Shown one piece after another: positions 1 through 8,175 of a DNA stretch of 64,000 nt. Source of the DNA: Candidatus Falkowbacteria bacterium HGW-Falkowbacteria-1. Lineage in GTDB: Bacteria; Patescibacteriota; Patescibacteriia; Patescibacteriales; UBA12465. The stretch is taken from contig PHAI01000001.1 in the NCBI GenBank assembly GCA_002840305.1, forward strand, positions 29,734-93,733. The letters run 5' to 3'. Numbering within the stretch: the first letter of the stretch is position 1; each line of letters opens with the position of its first letter. The notes under the pieces were generated by a model, which ran no database searches, had not been told where the DNA came from, and was given only the letters and a program-made list of their open reading frames with translations. The position numbers and the translations under genes were made by a program.

Positions 1-1
1 G

Positions 2-1717
2 GGTATAAGAATATTATCTGAGAATGGAGAAATTCTTTGGCGAAGAGATGTTTTTTCTTTTGATCCTGACTTGGCTTCTCAAACAGTTTTCTTTGATGTG
101 AACAAAACGATAGACGAGGCTTTTTTATTCGGTAGGAGTGGGAATATATTGTCTGATTTTGCCTTTAAAATAAAGTCTTTATTTAAGAAAGAAGCAGTTT
201 ACCTTTCCTTTTATATTGAAGAAAGTAAAATCAAAAATCTTTTAAAAGATAGTTTTTTTGAATTAAATAATACTCCTCAAGATGCCAAAATAGTTAGTAA
301 CCAAGCAGGGCTTTTATATAAAGATCTATCAGAAGTAAATGCGGACGAAAATAGTGATATCATAAACGAAGACAGTGAGATTAAGTTTTCTATAAATTCA
401 GAGGTTTATGGCGAAGAGGTAGATTATGATAAATTTTTTAGTGAATTTAAAAACAATTTGTCTTTATTGAAAAACAACGATATACGCTTGTCTTTTATAG
501 AGAACAAGCCAATGATAAAAAAAGAAGAAATTATTGGCCTTGATTTTTATGCTTATGACCTTTTAAATCTTGCGCCTTTCGATTTGAAATATATAGAAAA
601 TAGCAGTGAAAAAAAATTCACTGTAGATGAAAAGATTTTTTCAACTTGGTTTAAATTAGAAAAACAAGAGTCCGAAGATGGGGGGGCCGAGATTATATTT
701 TCTTTAGATTATGATGAAGTTGTCAAATTTTTTGAGGCTAATGTTATAAAAGATATAAACAAAGAGCCCACAAAACCTCAGTTTGAGTTTAAAGATGATA
801 AAGTGAACTTATTTTTTGCCGGGCAAGATGGTTTAAAATTGAATTATGAGAAAAGTTTTAAAAATATTCTGAATTCTTTTTTAATGAAAAACATGAGCAA
901 TGTTCTGTTAGAAGTTGAGGTTGATGAAATAGAGAAGGTCGACAGTATTAATGAGTTGGGCATAAAAGAACTAATAGGCAGTGGGCACTCGAATTTTGCT
1001 GGCTCCCCTACAAATCGTCGTTATAATATAAAAGTTGGCGCCGAGAAATTGAGTGGGTTGATAATCAAGCCCGGAGAAGAATTTTCTTTGGTGGGCGCAT
1101 TAGGGGCGGTTACTAAAGAAACTGGATATTTACCAGAGCTAGTTATTAAGGGGAATAAAACTGTCCCAGAATATGGAGGTGGTCTTTGTCAGGTTGCGAC
1201 AACTATGTTTAGGACGGCTCTAGCCAGTGGTTTGCCAATCACCGAAAGAAGAAATCATTCTTATCGAGTTTCGTATTATGAACCAGCAGGAACCGATGCT
1301 ACTATTTATAGCCCTCGTCCAGATTTAAAATTCAAAAATGATACTAATAATAATATTTTAATTCAGGCCCGCTTTGAGGGAACAAATGATATGTATTTTG
1401 ATTTTTGGGGGACCTCTGACGGCAGAACCGCTACAACTACCTATCCGGTTATTTATAATATAGTCAGTCCTGGTCCAACTCAAATTATTGAGACAACGGA
1501 GTTGCCGGTTGGAGAGAAAAAATGTACAGAAAGAGCTCACTCTGGTGCCGAAGCTTATTTTGACTACACCGTTGTTTATAATCCTAATTCTGCAGAAGAA
1601 AATAAAGTAGAGACCAGATTCCAATCTAAATATGTTCCATGGCGCGAAGTTTGTTTGGTGGGAGTAGAAAAAATAGAGGAAGAAATTAGTGATGACAATA
1701 TAATTATTGTCGAATAG
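2..1717 (+). CDS. VanW-domain protein with PG-binding-like N-terminal region (5' partial)
   Basis: Frame is open from position 2 with no stop. It contains the VanW motifs GGGLCQVATTMFR and ERRNHSYRVSYY...GTDATIY...DLKFKNDT. Confidence 0.85.
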   Translation, partial: GIRILSENGEILWRRDVFSFDPDLASQTVFFDVNKTIDEAFLFGRSGNILSDFAFKIKSLFKKEAVYLSFYIEESKIKNLLKDSFFELNNTPQDAKIVSNQAGLLYKDLSEVNADENSDIINEDSEIKFSINSEVYGEEVDYDKFFSEFKNNLSLLKNNDIRLSFIENKPMIKKEEIIGLDFYAYDLLNLAPFDLKYIENSSEKKFTVDEKIFSTWFKLEKQESEDGGAEIIFSLDYDEVVKFFEANVIKDINKEPTKPQFEFKDDKVNLFFAGQDGLKLNYEKSFKNILNSFLMKNMSNVLLEVEVDEIEKVDSINELGIKELIGSGHSNFAGSPTNRRYNIKVGAEKLSGLIIKPGEEFSLVGALGAVTKETGYLPELVIKGNKTVPEYGGGLCQVATTMFRTALASGLPITERRNHSYRVSYYEPAGTDATIYSPRPDLKFKNDTNNNILIQARFEGTNDMYFDFWGTSDGRTATTTYPVIYNIVSPGPTQIIETTELPVGEKKCTERAHSGAEAYFDYTVVYNPNSAEENKVETRFQSKYVPWREVCLVGVEKIEEEISDDNIIIVE

Positions 1718-1739
1718 AAAGATATATTTTTTTACAAAC

Positions 1740-1765
1740 AAAAAAGGCCTTTTATGGCCTTTTTT
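1740..1765. terminator. Bidirectional intrinsic terminator
   Basis: AAAAAAGGCC-TTTTAT-GGCCTTTTTT between convergent units. Confidence 0.75.
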
Positions 1766-1912
1766 AAAAAATCGACTTAAGCGGGTTGGACAAGAAAATC
1801 TCTTCTAGAAACTTTAGAGCCGTAGCCCTAGAAACCCTAAAAGAAAATCCCATGCTTGTCGTGCCCTCCCCGCTTAAATCGGCTTTTACTTCAAAATGTT
1901 TTTCAATTGTTA
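1745..1912 (-). ncRNA. Putative rod-shaped small RNA (may also encode a 29-aa peptide, 1853..1764)
   Basis: Lies between a consensus minus-strand promoter and the terminator. Long imperfect fold-back at 1767-1887. Confidence 0.5.
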
Positions 1913-1919
1913 ACTTGGT

Positions 1920-1948
1920 ATTGTATCATATAAATAAAAAAATGTCAA
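1920..1948 (-). promoter_or_regulatory. sigma70 promoter
   Basis: Minus strand TTGACA-17 nt-TACAAT with extended -10 TG. Confidence 0.7.
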
Positions 1949-2001
1949 TAGGGGGCGCCCACTGACATTTTTTTTGTTTTTAAGCTTTATTTTAAAGGTT
2001 T

Positions 2002-3063
2002 TTATTTAAATGTTAGACTGGAGTCGACTTTTATTTTTTTATAGTTTTTTAAATTTTTTTTATTTTTTAAAAAGTGATAAACACCAGCTAGTGCTATCAT
2101 CGTAGCATTGTCACCGCTATACTTAAGTGATGGAAAAACAAATTTGATATTTTTCCATTCAATATTATTTAAGCGTTCTTTCCCAATTTTTTCAGAGAAT
2201 TCTCTTTTTAGTTCATTATTGGCTGACACTCCGCCCACTAACATAATTGTTTTAATTTTGTATTTTTTTGTGGCTTTTATAGTTTTTGTTATTAGGACGT
2301 CGATTACTGCTTTTTGAAATGAATAACAATATAATGGAATATTTTTTTTCCATTGTTTATCTTTTTTTAATTGGTATAGTAGGGCAGTTTTAAGACCAGA
2401 AAATGAAAAATTAAAATTTGGAGAATAAATCATTGGTCGAGGGAGATTTGTTTCTTTCAAATTTTTATTTTTTTCTATATATTTTTGTGCCATTTTTGAA
2501 ACTATAGGTCCACCAGGGTAGCCTAAATTCATCATTTTGGCTGCCTTATCAAAAGCTTCTCCAGCCGCGTCGTCTAGAGTTTGTCCGATAATTTTGTATT
2601 TTAGATGGTTTTCCATTAAAGCTAAAATATTATGTCCGCCAGAAACAGTCAAAATTAGAGCTGGAAATTTTATATTTTTTTGGTTTTCGATGAAAGCAGA
2701 ATAAACATGACCCTCAATATGATTAATTGGAATTATGGGAACATTCCAAACGCAGGCCAACGACTTTGCTGTTTCACTGGCAGAAATTAGGGAGGTTATA
2801 AGTCCCGGCCCGGAAGTTACGGCAATGGCCGATATTTTTTTTGGGTCTATCTTTGCTTCTTCCAAGCTTTGGTCAATTACTGGTAGAATGTTTATGACAT
2901 GTTCTCTAGCTGCCAATTCAGGCACAACCCCACCATATTTTTTGTGAATATCAATTTGTGAGGAAACTATATTAGACAGAAGTTGAAAATCTCCGTTTTT
3001 ATTAAATTTTATAATAGCAGCTGCGCTTTCGTCACAACTGCTCTCTATTCCTAGTATATACAT
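2002..3063 (-). CDS. tsaD: tRNA threonylcarbamoyltransferase TsaD
   Basis: ILGIESSCDE, GGVVPELAAREH, NHIEGH, VSGGH, DDAAGEAFDK, FSFSGLKT, DNATMIA. Confidence 0.97.
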   Translation of the reverse strand: MYILGIESSCDESAAAIIKFNKNGDFQLLSNIVSSQIDIHKKYGGVVPELAAREHVINILPVIDQSLEEAKIDPKKISAIAVTSGPGLITSLISASETAKSLACVWNVPIIPINHIEGHVYSAFIENQKNIKFPALILTVSGGHNILALMENHLKYKIIGQTLDDAAGEAFDKAAKMMNLGYPGGPIVSKMAQKYIEKNKNLKETNLPRPMIYSPNFNFSFSGLKTALLYQLKKDKQWKKNIPLYCYSFQKAVIDVLITKTIKATKKYKIKTIMLVGGVSANNELKREFSEKIGKERLNNIEWKNIKFVFPSLKYSGDNATMIALAGVYHFLKNKKNLKNYKKIKVDSSLTFK

Positions 3064-3192
3064 ATATTTATAAATACAGTTTAATTGATATTTATATTAA
3101 AAACAAGATTATATTGACAACTAAAAAAAATAAATATAATATATAAATACTTTGGCAATAACAGGGATTTTTTTATTTTGCTCAAAAGAAAA

Positions 3193-3232
3193 ATAGATCT
3201 CTCCACTCACTTCGCTCGGTCGAGATGACAAA
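3193..3232 (+). repeat. REP-like palindromic element, copy 1
   Basis: ATAGATCTCTCCACTC..CTCGGTCGAGATGACAAA. The same ends recur at about 38.8, 48.8, 60.0 and 60.9-61.0 kb. Confidence 0.8.
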
Positions 3233-3264
3233 GTATCCTAATAATCTCAAGAATCCCATCTAAT

Positions 3265-3336
3265 GGCCCCTTCGTCTAACGGTTAGGACACCAGGTTTTC
3301 AACCTGATAACACGGGTTCGACTCCCGTAGGGGTCA
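3265..3336 (+). tRNA. tRNA-Glu (TTC)
   Basis: Cloverleaf with GGCCCCT/AGGGGTC acceptor stem, anticodon loop TTTTCAA and GGTTCGACTCC T arm. CCA is not encoded. Confidence 0.95.
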
Positions 3337-3417
3337 CAGAAACAAAAAAATCAGCTTGTATATAGCTGGTTTTTTTGTAAAAAAAGAGCCCCATCCTTGG
3401 TGGGGCATTAGAGCACT

Positions 3418-3513
3418 TCAATTTCTTTTTGCACTGTTTTTCGGGCGTCCGAGCATTTTTTCGGTTGCGTTGCTTGGTCGACCACGTGGTTGATAAGACA
3501 TAACATTTCTCAT
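3418..3513 (-). CDS. 31-aa basic microprotein with two AT-hook-like motifs (MRNVMSYQPRGRPSNATEKMLGRPKNSAKRN)
   Basis: Hand translation. GAAAGGG SD-like element 7 nt before the ATG, upstream TTGCTT-16-TATAAT (3628-3601), downstream GCCCCA hairpin plus T tract (3406-3379). Confidence 0.6.
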   Translation of the reverse strand: MRNVMSYQPRGRPSNATEKMLGRPKNSAKRN

Positions 3514-3671
3514 AAGAATACCCTTTCTTTTTAAGTTAAAAATGTTACTTCTAGGAATTGCCTAGACCTAGAAGAGGCCTTGTTAATGGACTATGTTCTT
3601 ATTATAAATAATTTTAAAAATAAAGCAATAGTTTAAACAAGGAATTAGTTTTGTGGATTTTTTATTTGGCT

Positions 3672-4733
3672 TTACTTATTAATTAAAAAATTACAAATAT
3701 CTCCGTCGGAAACAACATAGTCCTTGCCTTCGGTTTTTACCCAGCCCATTTCCTTCGCTTTGGTTTCGCTGCCAGCTTCAATAAATTTTTCCCAATTCAT
3801 AACTTCAGCCCTGATGAATCCTTTTTCAAAATCAGTATGTATCTCTCTGGCTGCTTGAGGGGCGCGACTGCCTTTTTTTATGGTCCAAGCTCTAGTTTCA
3901 TCTTTTCCGGTAGTAAAGAAAGTTTCTAGGCCTAGTAATTTATAAGAAGTTGCGATTAATTTATCAAGTCCACTTTTGTTTATTCCTAGTTCTTTCATGT
4001 ATTCCGCTTGTTCTTCTTCTGGCAAAGCAGCAATTTCTTCTTCCATTTTAACGTTTATTCTAATTATTTCACCATCCCAATTAAAAGCAGATTCTTTTTC
4101 TGTGTCGTCGGAATTAATGGCGTAGATAATTGGTTTTATGGTTAATAAATTTAAACTTTTAACAAAAAGTTCTTCGTCTTCTTTAATTTCCATTTCTCTA
4201 AGCGCTTTACCGTCGCTTAACAGATTCTTTATTTTTTCTAAAATTTCTTTTTGTTTTATAATCTCTTTGTCGTTGCTTTTGGCTTCTCTTACAACTTTTT
4301 CTAGCCTTTTTTCGACAGTTTTTAAATCGGCAAAAATTAATTCCATATTGATAGTTTCTTGATCGTCTACAGGGTCTATTTGTCCGTTAACATGAATAAC
4401 GTTTGGATCTTTAAAGTCGCGGACAACTTCACAAATTGCATCACATTCTCTGATGTGTGATAAAAATTGATTTCCTAATCCTTCTCCTTCGTGGGCACCT
4501 TTGACTAACCCAGCTATATCAGTGAATTCAATGAATGCCGGAATGATTTTTGCTGGTTTAGATATTTCGGCTATTTTATTTAACCTTTCATCCGGAACCT
4601 TAACTACTCCGACGTTAGGGTCTATGGTACAAAAAGGGTAGTTAGAAGCTTCTACTTGTTTTTTGGTTAAAATGTTGAATAATGTTGATTTTCCGACGTT
4701 TGGTAAACCAACAATTCCTATTGATAACGGCAT
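3672..4733 (-). CDS. ychF: Ribosome-binding ATPase YchF
   Basis: [49 protein letters not shown]-terminus. Confidence 0.97.
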   Translation of the reverse strand: MPLSIGIVGLPNVGKSTLFNILTKKQVEASNYPFCTIDPNVGVVKVPDERLNKIAEISKPAKIIPAFIEFTDIAGLVKGAHEGEGLGNQFLSHIRECDAICEVVRDFKDPNVIHVNGQIDPVDDQETINMELIFADLKTVEKRLEKVVREAKSNDKEIIKQKEILEKIKNLLSDGKALREMEIKEDEELFVKSLNLLTIKPIIYAINSDDTEKESAFNWDGEIIRINVKMEEEIAALPEEEQAEYMKELGINKSGLDKLIATSYKLLGLETFFTTGKDETRAWTIKKGSRAPQAAREIHTDFEKGFIRAEVMNWEKFIEAGSETKAKEMGWVKTEGKDYVVSDGDICNFLINK

Positions 4734-4952
4734 ATATTTTTATTAAAAATTTTAGCATTGCTCACGCTTAGCTTAATTTATTTTGTGAGTGGATAATAAA
4801 TATTTAGAATTTTTAGAGCGCTTAAAGGTCTTGTTTTATCTTATATTATTTATTTAAAAATGACAATCAACGTTTGTTAAATCAATTTTTTTTGGTATAA
4901 TAATAAAAGTAACATAAAAACATAAATTTTTTATAAGTATTTTTTTAAATCT

Positions 4953-6464
4953 ATGTTTAGATCAAAAAAAGCTTTTACGCTCATAGAACTTCTAGTAGTA
5001 ATAGCCATTATTGGCATACTCGCTACTCTAGCAGTTGTAGCTCTTCAACAAGCCAGACAAAGCGCTAGAGACTCCAAGAGAATAGCGGACATGAAACAAG
5101 TCTCTACTGCTCTAGAGTTGTTTTATAATGAAAATGGTAGATATCCTACTACGGAAGAATGGGATAGTGGTTCTATAGTATCTTCTTCTACGGGAGAAGT
5201 GTTCATGTATAACGTCCCTGCCGCCCCCACCCCTGCCGACGGAGATTGTTCTTCTGCTTCTAACACTTATACCTACACACCTCAAAATGGCGGAGCCAGT
5301 TATACTATAAACTTCTGCACAGGTAGACAAGTATCAGACATGCCAGAAGGAGTAAAGAGCGTAACGCCAGGAGGAATAATTGTAAACAGCATTGAAGAAG
5401 AGGAAGAGGTGGTGATAAACTGCTTAGAAGATTTAGACAGCTGTTCTTGGCAGGTAGTCGGTTCTTCTGGGATTTCTGATGCTGCCGGATATTTTTCTTC
5501 TTTATTTGTAAGTAATGGAACTCCTTATGTCGCTTATAGGGATGTATCAGTATCAAACAAGGCTACAGTTAAAAAGTTTAATGGCTCGTCTTGGGAAAAC
5601 GTTGGTTCGGCTGGTTTTTCGGCTGGCCAGGCTGATTATATTTCTTTGTTTATGTATAACGGGACTCCTTATATTGTTTATAAAGATTTTGTAAATTTAT
5701 CAAAGGCTACGGTTATGCGATACAATGGTTCTTCTTGGGAAAACGTTGGTTCGGCTGGTTTTTCGGCGGGGGAGATATTCCAAAGCTCATTGTTTATTTA
5801 TGAGGGGACGCCTTATGTTGCTTATAGAGATATGTCAGTGAATAGAGCTACTGTTATGAAGTTCAACGGTTCTTCTTGGGAAAATGTTGGTCCGGCTGGT
5901 TTTTCAAGTAGTGTAGCGGTTTATACTTCTTTGTTTATTTATAATGGAATACCCTACGTTGGTTACGGTGATTATACTTGCAATCCCGATGCGGCTACCG
6001 TTATGAAATTCAATGGTTCGTCTTGGGAAAATGTTGGAGCTAGCTGTCTTTCTTCGGCTGGCGCTGCTAAGTTTACATCGATGTTTGTTTACGAGGGAGT
6101 GCCCTACATAGCTTATAGAGATGATGGTGCGCCGTACCAGGCGGTTGTTAAAAAATTTAATGGGTCGTCATGGGAGTCCCTTGGTGTCGTGGGATCCCAA
6201 AATAGTAGCGGCAATTATCATCTTTCTTTTTATATTTATGACAACATTCCTTACGTGGCTTATTCGGATAGCACAAATTCAAATAAATTAACAGTAAAAA
6301 GATTTAATGGTTTGTCGTGGGACGTAGTTGGTGTCGCCGGTGTTTCAAACGGTACAGCCGAATATATTTCTATGTCTATTTATAACAATATAATATACGT
6401 TGGTTATGGAGACGTTTCGGATTCGAACAAAGTTACGGTTGTAAAATTTGCTCCAAACCTTTGA
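4953..6464 (+). CDS. Type IV pilin module fused to a 7-repeat beta-propeller
   Basis: [11 protein letters not shown] prepilin motif, pilin module ending at PGGII, acidic linker, then seven ~48-aa SWExVG...PYVAYxD...ATVxKFNG repeats. Confidence 0.85.
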   Translation: MFRSKKAFTLIELLVVIAIIGILATLAVVALQQARQSARDSKRIADMKQVSTALELFYNENGRYPTTEEWDSGSIVSSSTGEVFMYNVPAAPTPADGDCSSASNTYTYTPQNGGASYTINFCTGRQVSDMPEGVKSVTPGGIIVNSIEEEEEVVINCLEDLDSCSWQVVGSSGISDAAGYFSSLFVSNGTPYVAYRDVSVSNKATVKKFNGSSWENVGSAGFSAGQADYISLFMYNGTPYIVYKDFVNLSKATVMRYNGSSWENVGSAGFSAGEIFQSSLFIYEGTPYVAYRDMSVNRATVMKFNGSSWENVGPAGFSSSVAVYTSLFIYNGIPYVGYGDYTCNPDAATVMKFNGSSWENVGASCLSSAGAAKFTSMFVYEGVPYIAYRDDGAPYQAVVKKFNGSSWESLGVVGSQNSSGNYHLSFYIYDNIPYVAYSDSTNSNKLTVKRFNGLSWDVVGVAGVSNGTAEYISMSIYNNIIYVGYGDVSDSNKVTVVKFAPNL

Positions 6465-6524
6465 TATTATTAATAATAGATTTTCTTAAAAGGCTTTTTG
6501 TTTTAAAAGTCTTTTTTATTTAGA

Positions 6525-6553
6525 TTGACAAAACAATTTAAATATGCTATAAT
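6525..6553 (+). promoter_or_regulatory. Consensus sigma70 promoter
   Basis: TTGACA-17 nt-TATAAT with TG extension. GGGAGG SD before the ATG at 6633. Confidence 0.8.
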
Positions 6554-6632
6554 ATGATCACACAATTGATAGTATATTAACAAGCCAAAGTCTAAACAAA
6601 TAGACAGGGCATAAAATTGGGAGGACAAAGTA

Positions 6633-7370
6633 ATGAAAAAAAACAAGTCTGGTTTATGGAATGCAAGTTTTGGACAAGTTGTTGCAACTCTAAAGGCATT
6701 AGAAGATCAGGGGCTATCTTTAGAAGAAATGGCACTTTTGCGTTCTGACAAAGTCTTGGTTAAGGAGGTCGTTAATCTTATCAAAACAAAACTACAGATT
6801 GACAGCGTTGATGCTATCTTTCTCGCTGTTTGGCAAAAAATTTACCGCGAATGGTTTGACGTGGATGTTGATATTTCCGGTTTACAAGTTCCCGAAAACT
6901 ACAATCCCGAAAAGCATTTTTTGGTATTAGTTGCCAAAGGAATTACTATGAACACGGTTATAGCTGCTATGCGAAAAAGATTTAATGTGCATTTATACAC
7001 AGAAAATCTTGATGTCAGTGTTACAAAAAACGACCGCACATTAGAAAATGGGACTTATATTGTTCTTTTTAATCGCAATATTGAGGTAGACGAAGAATTC
7101 AAGAACATGTCAGCCGATGATTTAGCAAAAAAGGGGCACAAAGGCATTACATTGTTCGAGCGCCTATTGTTAGAGGTTTTATATTACAACGAAACCAAAG
7201 AACATTTAGATGTCGAGAGCTTGACTCTGTGTTCCGGTTCGCGTCATTTTGACGATCGTCATGTTCCCCGCGTCGGTTGGGGCTTTGGCTACGAGGGACT
7301 CAGGGTTTATGGGTACGATCCTGGCCATTCCCGCAACTGTTTGCGTCCCCGTTCTGTAGTTTCTTTGTAA
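6633..7370 (+). CDS. Putative DGR target protein (CLec-like C-terminus)
   Basis: GITLFERLLLE..Y...T..HLD...TLCSGSR...VP.V.W...L.V..Y.P...LRPRSVVS C-terminus. The last 150 nt are strongly A-depleted. Confidence 0.7.
   Translation: MKKNKSGLWNASFGQVVATLKALEDQGLSLEEMALLRSDKVLVKEVVNLIKTKLQIDSVDAIFLAVWQKIYREWFDVDVDISGLQVPENYNPEKHFLVLVAKGITMNTVIAAMRKRFNVHLYTENLDVSVTKNDRTLENGTYIVLFNRNIEVDEEFKNMSADDLAKKGHKGITLFERLLLEVLYYNETKEHLDVESLTLCSGSRHFDDRHVPRVGWGFGYEGLRVYGYDPGHSRNCLRPRSVVSL
7221..7370 (+). other. Putative DGR variable repeat (VR)
   Basis: Hand count: 18 A and 80 G+C in 150 nt. Most codons end in C/T. Confidence 0.65.
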
Positions 7371-7398
7371 TCCTTAAAACTTTTTACCTTATATACTT

Positions 7399-7428
7399 AA
7401 GCTTAGTTCTTTAAACTAAGCTTTTTTT
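7399..7428 (+). terminator. Hairpin/terminator downstream of the VR gene
   Basis: AAGCTTAGTT-CTTTA-AACTAAGCTT followed by a T tract. Confidence 0.7.
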
Positions 7429-7436
7429 ATTGCCCC

Positions 7437-7466
7437 TTGACACCCCCAGGGGGTATGTGCTAAGAT
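7437..7466 (+). promoter_or_regulatory. Promoter with CsoR-type operator in the spacer
   Basis: TTGACA (7437-7442), palindrome ACCCCCAGGGGGT (7442-7454), TGc-TAAGAT (7458-7466). Confidence 0.75.
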
Positions 7467-7472
7467 ATAAAT

Positions 7473-7715
7473 ATGAGAAATACAGAACAAAGAATAAACA
7501 TAATAATAGGTCAACTGGAGGGTATAAAAAGAATGCTTAATCAAAAAAATAAAACTTGTTTTGATTCAGTTGTCCAGCTAAAGGCGGTCAAGTCAAGCGT
7601 TTCTTCTTTAATGGATAAGATCCTTGAAGAGGAGTTTGACGTTTGCTTCGATAAGCAATGTCCTGCTAGCAAAGATAATTTAAAAAAAATTGTTTCTGAA
7701 TTTTTAAAAAAATAA
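7473..7715 (+). CDS. CsoR/RcnR-family transcriptional repressor
   Basis: RINIIIGQLEGIKRML...C.D...QLKAVKSS pattern and an upstream C/G-tract operator. Confidence 0.88.
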   Translation: MRNTEQRINIIIGQLEGIKRMLNQKNKTCFDSVVQLKAVKSSVSSLMDKILEEEFDVCFDKQCPASKDNLKKIVSEFLKK

Positions 7716-7785
7716 AAATTAAATAAAAATTAAATAAAACTTTAAAAAAATTATTATAAAATATTTTTTTAAAGTTAATAAAATT

Positions 7786-8118
7786 ATGAGTAAAGCACAA
7801 GATGTAAGCAAAAATGATTTTGTTAAAGAAGTTTTAGAATCTGAATTGCCAGTTTTAGTAGATTTTTGGGCTCCATGGTGTATGCCTTGTAAAATGATGG
7901 CTCCAATTTTGGATGAGTTAAGTGCGGACATGAATGGCAAAGTTAAAATAGTAAAAGTAAACACCGAGGATTCAGCTAATCAAGAATTAGCTGCCGAGTA
8001 CCAAATTCAAAGTATCCCTAACATGAAACTTTTTAAGGGTGGTAAAGTAGTAGCTGATTTTATTGGTATGCGATCTAAGGATACCTTGAAAAAAGATATT
8101 GAAGCTCATTTGAGTTAA
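7786..8118 (+). CDS. trxA: Thioredoxin
   Basis: VLVDFWAPWCMPCK and cis-Pro SIP motif. Confidence 0.95.
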   Translation: MSKAQDVSKNDFVKEVLESELPVLVDFWAPWCMPCKMMAPILDELSADMNGKVKIVKVNTEDSANQELAAEYQIQSIPNMKLFKGGKVVADFIGMRSKDTLKKDIEAHLS

Positions 8119-8170
8119 TTCTAATAATCTCAAGAATCTTGACGATTATAAAAATCCCAAGAATCTTATA
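8117..8170 (+). repeat. 9-nt tandem repeat array (AATCYYAAK-like)
   Basis: aattctaat aatctcaag aatcttgac gattataaa aatcccaag aatcttata. Confidence 0.65.
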
Positions 8171-8175
8171 AAAAT

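Noticed and set aside
1767..1887. Assignment of the rod RNA as SRP RNA or canonical 6S RNA
   Set aside because: No SRP domain IV GNRA/GGAA motif and no large central bubble. Left as an unassigned sRNA.
4953..5400. Pilin paralogues as a shufflon or silent-cassette (pilS-like) system
   Set aside because: All copies are complete genes with their own starts, 20-34 kb apart. No invertase or inverted crossover sites were seen.
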